Positions 6,222 through 10,737 of a stretch of 10,737 nt of DNA are shown one piece after another. The notes under the pieces are model-generated. The model did no database searches and had not been told where the DNA came from. It saw only the letters and a program-made list of their open reading frames with translations. Source of the stretch: a bacterium (GTDB lineage Bacteria > RBG-13-61-14 > DATKZS01); assembly GCA_046484135.1 (NCBI GenBank), contig JAWOBU010000136.1, positions 1-10,737 of the forward strand. The letters are read 5' to 3'. The translations under genes were made by a program, and so were the position numbers. Positions within the stretch are counted from its first letter, which is position 1; every line of letters starts with the position of its first letter.

Positions 6222-7510
6222 CCAAAATGCCGAGGGTGGCGGTACGAGACACCGGCCCTGACCTGGTGGAAGACGTGGCCGCCGTGTTCAGGCCCTTCGG
6301 CGGCGCCGGCAGAATCATAGCGGGCAGGGACGTGATCGTAAAGCCGAACGCGGTCCACTACCTGCCGGGGCAGTCCACCGCTACCGAGCTTCTGGACGCT
6401 CTTTTGCAGCATCTCCGCACGGAAGGCGCCCGCCGGATATTCCTGGCGGACAACTCGACCGCCGGGAACCTCACCCGGGTGGTCTTCCGGGTGCTGGGAT
6501 GGGACCGGCTGGCCCGGAAATACGGCGCCGAACCCGTTTACCTGGACGAGGAGCCCACCCGGCCGGTGTTTCTGCAGGACGAGACCTCTCCCGTCCGCAT
6601 CCCCCGCTTCCTGCACCAGCGGCTCCTGGAAAAGCCGGAGCGCAACTTCTACCTGTCCGTGCCCCGGCTCAAGACCCACTCCATGAGCCATGTCACCCTG
6701 GGCATCAAGAACCAGCAGGGACTGCTCATCCACCCTGACCGGCTCCTTGACCACAACTATAACCTCGGCCGCAGGCTGGTCCGCATCCTCCATCGCTTCC
6801 GGCCCGACTTCACCCTGGTGGAAGGAATCACCGCCACCATACGCGGCCACTTCCCCATCAAGGCGGACCTCGCAAAGAGCATCATAAACACCCGGGTCCT
6901 CTTCGGCGGCCCGGACGTGGTGGCGGTGGACGCGGTGGGAGCGAGCATACTGGGCTACCGGCCGGACGAGGTTGACCACATCAGGCGGGCGGCTGAAGCA
7001 GGCCTCGGGACCGCGGACCTCGACCGCATCCGGGTCCTGGGTTCACTGGAGAGATTCCGGGAGCGCTACCCCTATCTCCCGGACATCCGCATTCCCCCGG
7101 ACATCAATATGGTCTACGGCAAACAAAGGGCCTGTTACGAAGGATGCCGCGGAAACACCGAGATAGCGATCCACCTGTTCGCGAACGACTACGCGGGCAA
7201 AGGCGGCTTCAACGTGGTCATGGGAAAAGGCGTGGACCTCTCCGAGCTGGAAGGCCTGGAAGGGCCCTTCCTGGTGGTCGGGCCCTGCGCAGTGGCCGAG
7301 ACCGCGGACAAGCTGAAAGCCATGTACCCGGCACGCAAGCTGTATCTCATAAACGAGCATAACGACCTCGCCAATGTCTCCGGGGCACTGCTCCGGCTTA
7401 TGAGGCCGAAAATATCCGGCCTCCTGCCGCTCTCCCTGCCGGAAACCGCGGCATTGACCGCCCGCGCTTACTTGCGGGGAACCACCGCCCGGCTCATAAA
7501 CCCCTTTTGA
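6218..7510 (+). CDS. DUF362-domain protein with a C-terminal Cys-containing (putative Fe-S) extension
   Basis: 430 aa with DUF362 motifs VIVKPN, SVPRLKTH...VTLGIKN..G, PDFTLVEGI, DVVAVDAVGA.ILGY.P..V.HI..A...GLG. C-terminal ACYEGC and GPCA motifs. The GTG start overlaps the upstream TGA. Confidence 0.85.
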   Translation: MTKMPRVAVRDTGPDLVEDVAAVFRPFGGAGRIIAGRDVIVKPNAVHYLPGQSTATELLDALLQHLRTEGARRIFLADNSTAGNLTRVVFRVLGWDRLARKYGAEPVYLDEEPTRPVFLQDETSPVRIPRFLHQRLLEKPERNFYLSVPRLKTHSMSHVTLGIKNQQGLLIHPDRLLDHNYNLGRRLVRILHRFRPDFTLVEGITATIRGHFPIKADLAKSIINTRVLFGGPDVVAVDAVGASILGYRPDEVDHIRRAAEAGLGTADLDRIRVLGSLERFRERYPYLPDIRIPPDINMVYGKQRACYEGCRGNTEIAIHLFANDYAGKGGFNVVMGKGVDLSELEGLEGPFLVVGPCAVAETADKLKAMYPARKLYLINEHNDLANVSGALLRLMRPKISGLLPLSLPETAALTARAYLRGTTARLINPF

Positions 7511-7532
7511 ACAACAGGCCCGCGCTTGGCCC

Positions 7533-9797
7533 CTATTTCTGGCGCATGGCATTAATGATCTGTTGCCGGAGCTTGATGGCGTATTCGTCCGCGGGGTGGA
7601 TGCGGAGCGATTTCATGACGTGCCTCATGGCCTTGTCCAGGTCATCCATCCGGTAGTAGCAGAAAGCCAGGTTGTAATGGGCGTGGGCCGAGCGGGGATT
7701 GAGCTTCAGGATACGGAGATAATGGGAGACGGCCTTGCGAAAGCCTTGCGGGTCCTTGCCCTCCAGCGCCCTGGTCACATAGATATTGGCCAGGTTCTTG
7801 CGGGAGGTAATGTCTCCTGACCTTCTCTCCAGGGCCTTTTTAAAAGCCCGGGCGGCCTGGTCCGGCTTGCCCTCCTTCTGCAAGGCTATCCCCAGGTTGC
7901 GGTAGTGCGCCGCCTTGTCCGGCTCAAGCCGGATGACCTCGCGGTAGGCCTTAGCGGCCCGGCCGTACTTCTTCCGGTCGAACCGGGCCTTGGCCAAATT
8001 GTTCCAGGCCAGCGCCGAGTCCGGCTCCTCCTTTACCGCCAGGCTCCAAAGTCTGAGCTCGGAACCCCAGTCTGTAATCCGGGCCGAGTTCGCCGCGGTA
8101 AAGGACAGGAATATGAGGCCCGCGCCGCAGACCGCCAACGCCCGGTTGGGATGCTCTTTATAATAGCGCCTGCCGAGCCGCCGGAAAGCGAAAAGGATCA
8201 AAGCGGTTCCTCCCACTATGAAGATAAAGAAGTTGTAAATCTCGGCGGCCGCGCTTCCGGAGAGGTAGATGCGGGACTGGTCGGAGCGGGGACCGCCCGC
8301 GGCGTGTTTCTCCATCCACGCGTTGGCAAGCCGCAGGGCCCGGTCCATGTCCTTCTGCGGCAGACCGAAACGGCCCTGCACCAGCCCCTCCAGGCAAAGT
8401 ATCATGGCTACTAAAAAGAAAGCGATGAACACGTAGGTAAACACCAGCTCGACCGGCCACCTTCTTTCCAGGAGCTTCTCCAAGGAGGAACGCTTTACAA
8501 GCTCCAGCAACAGGGCGGCTCCAAGGGCGAGACCCAGGCCGGAGACCAGGATAGCAAACCAGGGGGTGGTCTGGTAATCGAGTACGGGCGGCCAGAGCGC
8601 GGTGAAGCGGTGACTCATGGGTCCGACCAGTAATATGGCCATAAGAACGAACAGGAGGAAAAACAAAACCAGGTTATAGACCCGGCCGGGAAAGAACTTC
8701 CCCGGATGCCGGAACAGGCGGTCCACGGCCCCGGCCGCAATCAGGCAGAAGCCGGCGGAGGGAATGTACAGATACCTCTCGGCAAAGAAGAAATTGGCCG
8801 GGATGAAGTTCATGATGGGAAGAAGGTTTATAAACATCCAGGCCAGGGAAAAAGCCGCCAGAAAACGAGAGCGGTAAAAGTACACCGCCGCTGCGAGGCC
8901 TCCGAACATGACAACTCCCGCCCAGGCCATAACCGAGTCCCAGCCCACCAGGGACAGCTCGTGGACCACGTTGAAATGGGCGGGAAAGAGCATGTACCGG
9001 AAGTGGAGTGGGTACGCGCTCATGGAGGTCGCCAGGATGCGTGGGTAGCTGAACTGTTTGAAGTCGCCGAGCGGTATTCTGCCGAACAGGTCGAAGTCCC
9101 GCAGAAAGGGAGCGGACAGGGCCATGCCGAACCCCAGAAGCAGCGCTCCCGCAACCAGGAAAGGCGCCACGTAAAGAAGGGACTTCCAATTCGGCTTCTC
9201 CTCGGGATGGAGCCACAAGTGGACAAGAAGCAAAAGCGGAAACACCAGCACCACCTGCTTGCTGCCGATCCCGAGCAGGAAAAACAATACGGCGAAAATA
9301 ACGGACAAAACGGGATATCTTTTCCGGTAGAGAAAGGCGTGGTAAGCGAGCAGCAGGAATACAAAAGCCAGCATCTCCTTGCGGTGGGCGACGCTCATGA
9401 CCGCTTCGGTATGCACGGGATGAAGGAAAAACAAAAACGCGCACACTCCCGCCACCCGTACGCTTGTAAAGATTCGAAACACCAGAAGATACAAAAGACA
9501 AGTGCCGAGCCAGTGCCAGAGCAGGTTGGAGAGGTGGTATCCCATCGGGTCCAGCTTGAAAAGCTGGTAGTCGAGCATGAAAGTAAGGCCCCGCACCGGC
9601 CGGCCGGAGGCCAGCACGTTGCCGATGCCGTCCAGGCTCTTTAGAGAAGGATTGTTGAGGATCAGCTTGTAATCGTCAAGATTGAAGTGGGAGATATTGG
9701 CGCCCTGAAAATGTTGGATCAAGACCAGCAGACTGAACAGGATTATAAAGTGAGGGAACCAGCTTCGGCGGGCCAGGTTTTTAAAGAATGCTCGCAA
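7533..9797 (-). CDS. TMTC-like GT-C membrane glycosyltransferase (putative protein O-mannosyltransferase) with C-terminal TPR repeats
   Basis: 754 aa, TTG start after a purine-rich SD. Motifs DD in the first loop (LDDYKLILNNP), RPV..LTF.LDY, YHLSNLLWH, LHPVHTEAV....HRKEML, SKQ, AERYLYIPSAG, R..DW.SE..LW, then about 4 TPR units (AWNNLA, HYRNLG, RKNLA, AHYNLA). Confidence 0.88.
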   Translation of the reverse strand: MRAFFKNLARRSWFPHFIILFSLLVLIQHFQGANISHFNLDDYKLILNNPSLKSLDGIGNVLASGRPVRGLTFMLDYQLFKLDPMGYHLSNLLWHWLGTCLLYLLVFRIFTSVRVAGVCAFLFFLHPVHTEAVMSVAHRKEMLAFVFLLLAYHAFLYRKRYPVLSVIFAVLFFLLGIGSKQVVLVFPLLLLVHLWLHPEEKPNWKSLLYVAPFLVAGALLLGFGMALSAPFLRDFDLFGRIPLGDFKQFSYPRILATSMSAYPLHFRYMLFPAHFNVVHELSLVGWDSVMAWAGVVMFGGLAAAVYFYRSRFLAAFSLAWMFINLLPIMNFIPANFFFAERYLYIPSAGFCLIAAGAVDRLFRHPGKFFPGRVYNLVLFFLLFVLMAILLVGPMSHRFTALWPPVLDYQTTPWFAILVSGLGLALGAALLLELVKRSSLEKLLERRWPVELVFTYVFIAFFLVAMILCLEGLVQGRFGLPQKDMDRALRLANAWMEKHAAGGPRSDQSRIYLSGSAAAEIYNFFIFIVGGTALILFAFRRLGRRYYKEHPNRALAVCGAGLIFLSFTAANSARITDWGSELRLWSLAVKEEPDSALAWNNLAKARFDRKKYGRAAKAYREVIRLEPDKAAHYRNLGIALQKEGKPDQAARAFKKALERRSGDITSRKNLANIYVTRALEGKDPQGFRKAVSHYLRILKLNPRSAHAHYNLAFCYYRMDDLDKAMRHVMKSLRIHPADEYAIKLRQQIINAMRQK

Positions 9798-9853
9798 TTT
9801 TTCCCTACCCTCTCAGAAGGCGCCGTTCACGGAACAAGCCGGGGCCGGGTCTC

Positions 9854-10015
9854 CTAAAAGATGGTGTAAATGAAAGGCAGGACCGCAGGCCCGCTGTCCA
9901 CCAGGAATACCATCACCAACAGCAGCAGGAAAACCACCACGATAGGCGTGATCCACCAGACCTTCTCTTCCTTGATGAACTGCCAGAACTCCTTCATGAT
10001 CTGAAACTTGGCCAT
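9854..10015 (-). CDS. 53-aa DUF5989-family (SxtK-like) membrane microprotein, not in the supplied ORF track
   Basis: MAKFQIMKEFWQFIKEEKVWWITPIVVVFLLLLVMVFLVDSGPAVLPFIYTIF*. Perfect AGGAGG 5 nt upstream of the ATG. Carries the family signatures EFW.F...K.WW..P, one TM helix and C-terminal PFIYT.F. Confidence 0.9.
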   Translation of the reverse strand: MAKFQIMKEFWQFIKEEKVWWITPIVVVFLLLLVMVFLVDSGPAVLPFIYTIF

Positions 10016-10737
10016 GATGTCCTCCTGTCAGGACCGGGGGAAAACTCCCCGGACGGCTTTTCGCAAACCGCCGCCAAAGTGGTCCCCCACGGCATGGAAA
10101 ATCTCGAAAGCAACGAAAGCTCGAGCCGAACAAACGCGATCAATGAACGGTTGGCAAAGCCCGGCCAGTCGTAACTGATGGTGTCCCCCGCGTCTCCCGC
10201 AAACTTCTGAAACATGCGGCCCGCAAAAAGGGCCGGAAACAAAAGCCCGGGGAAGTGCGTAACTTTTAATATAATTAAACCGGCCCCCGAAAGCAAGGAC
10301 ATAAGCGAGCCGCGGCTGTAGCGGCGAAAGTGCCCCATGGCAACGTCATGCGAGCTCCATAAGAACGGGTACGCCGGCACCGTAACCAGAACTCGGCCGC
10401 CCGGCCGGAGACACCTTGTAAGCTCGGTCACTGTGGCCCGGTCGTCCTCCAGGTGCTCGAAAAGGTCAAGCGCCATGGCCCCGTCCAAGGAGCCGTCCCG
10501 AAATGGCAGACGGCCCGCCTCGGACAGCACCAGCAAACGATGCCCGCGCTCAGCGCAGAAAGAAACGGCCCGCGGGCTTAAGTCCGCCCCCGTCCATTTG
10601 CCGCGGCCCTCGACCCGGTCCAGGTTGGCACCCGTGCCGCAACCCAGGTCCAGAAACTCGCCCTCCTTTGGAAACCACTCTTCCGACAGACGCTCGACGA
10701 GCAGGCCCTTGCCCACGAACCACCAGAACCGCCTCTC
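9994..10737 (-). CDS. Class I SAM-dependent methyltransferase (5' end outside the window)
   Basis: The frame stays open to the window edge (ERRFWWFVGK..., matching the E..(H/F)WWF motif of glycan-cluster methyltransferases). Motif I FLDLGCGTG, then LPF.D...D, DLFEHL.DD, L.PGG...VTVPA...LWS.HD...GHFRRY. The 3' end overlaps the DUF5989 gene by 22 nt. Confidence 0.92.
   Translation of the reverse strand, partial: ERRFWWFVGKGLLVERLSEEWFPKEGEFLDLGCGTGANLDRVEGRGKWTGADLSPRAVSFCAERGHRLLVLSEAGRLPFRDGSLDGAMALDLFEHLEDDRATVTELTRCLRPGGRVLVTVPAYPFLWSSHDVAMGHFRRYSRGSLMSLLSGAGLIILKVTHFPGLLFPALFAGRMFQKFAGDAGDTISYDWPGFANRSLIAFVRLELSLLSRFSMPWGTTLAAVCEKPSGEFSPGPDRRTSWPSFRS

Noticed and set aside
7511..7532. Possible bidirectional terminator between the convergent DUF362 and TMTC-like genes
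   Set aside because: Only a 4-bp GGCC/GGCC stem and no proper U-tract; too weak to call.
3582..9644. Many 60-312 aa alternative-frame and antisense ORFs (e.g. 3582-4337, 5265-6152, 6119-6979, 8674-9501, 8706-9644)
   Set aside because: Each overlaps a gene with clear family motifs or coding-like composition and shows R/G/P-rich or shadow composition without motifs.
9788..10174. 128-aa + strand ORF with a striking HHQQQQENHH tract, and the 106-aa - strand ORF 9813-10133
   Set aside because: The His/Gln run is the antisense reading of the Val/Leu TM helix of the real DUF5989 gene; the other ORF is an off-frame overlap.

Overview
GC-rich bacterial window; the taxon cannot be fixed from the sequence alone. 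From left to right: (i) a non-coding repeat (1-305, cut by the window edge) holding an inverted pair of REP-like palindromes; (ii) an exported or membrane-anchored GH2 beta-mannosidase-like glycosidase (- strand); (iii) a 5'-truncated vapC/PIN toxin remnant whose missing start is replaced by a second, inverted, internally collapsed copy of the same repeat (3343-3506); (iv) a + strand run of acyl-CoA dehydrogenase, unknown lipoprotein and DUF362 Fe-S protein; (v) a convergent - strand run of class I SAM methyltransferase (partial), a 53-aa DUF5989/SxtK-like membrane microprotein missing from the ORF track, and a TMTC-like GT-C glycosyltransferase with TPRs and an unusually long extra membrane segment. 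The most notable signal is the REP-doublet-bearing dispersed element, seen in filled and collapsed forms, that brackets the GH2 gene and coincides with the vapC breakpoint. The second is the methyltransferase/DUF5989/expanded-TMTC envelope-modification module. All family calls come from motifs recognised by eye; no database searches were run.
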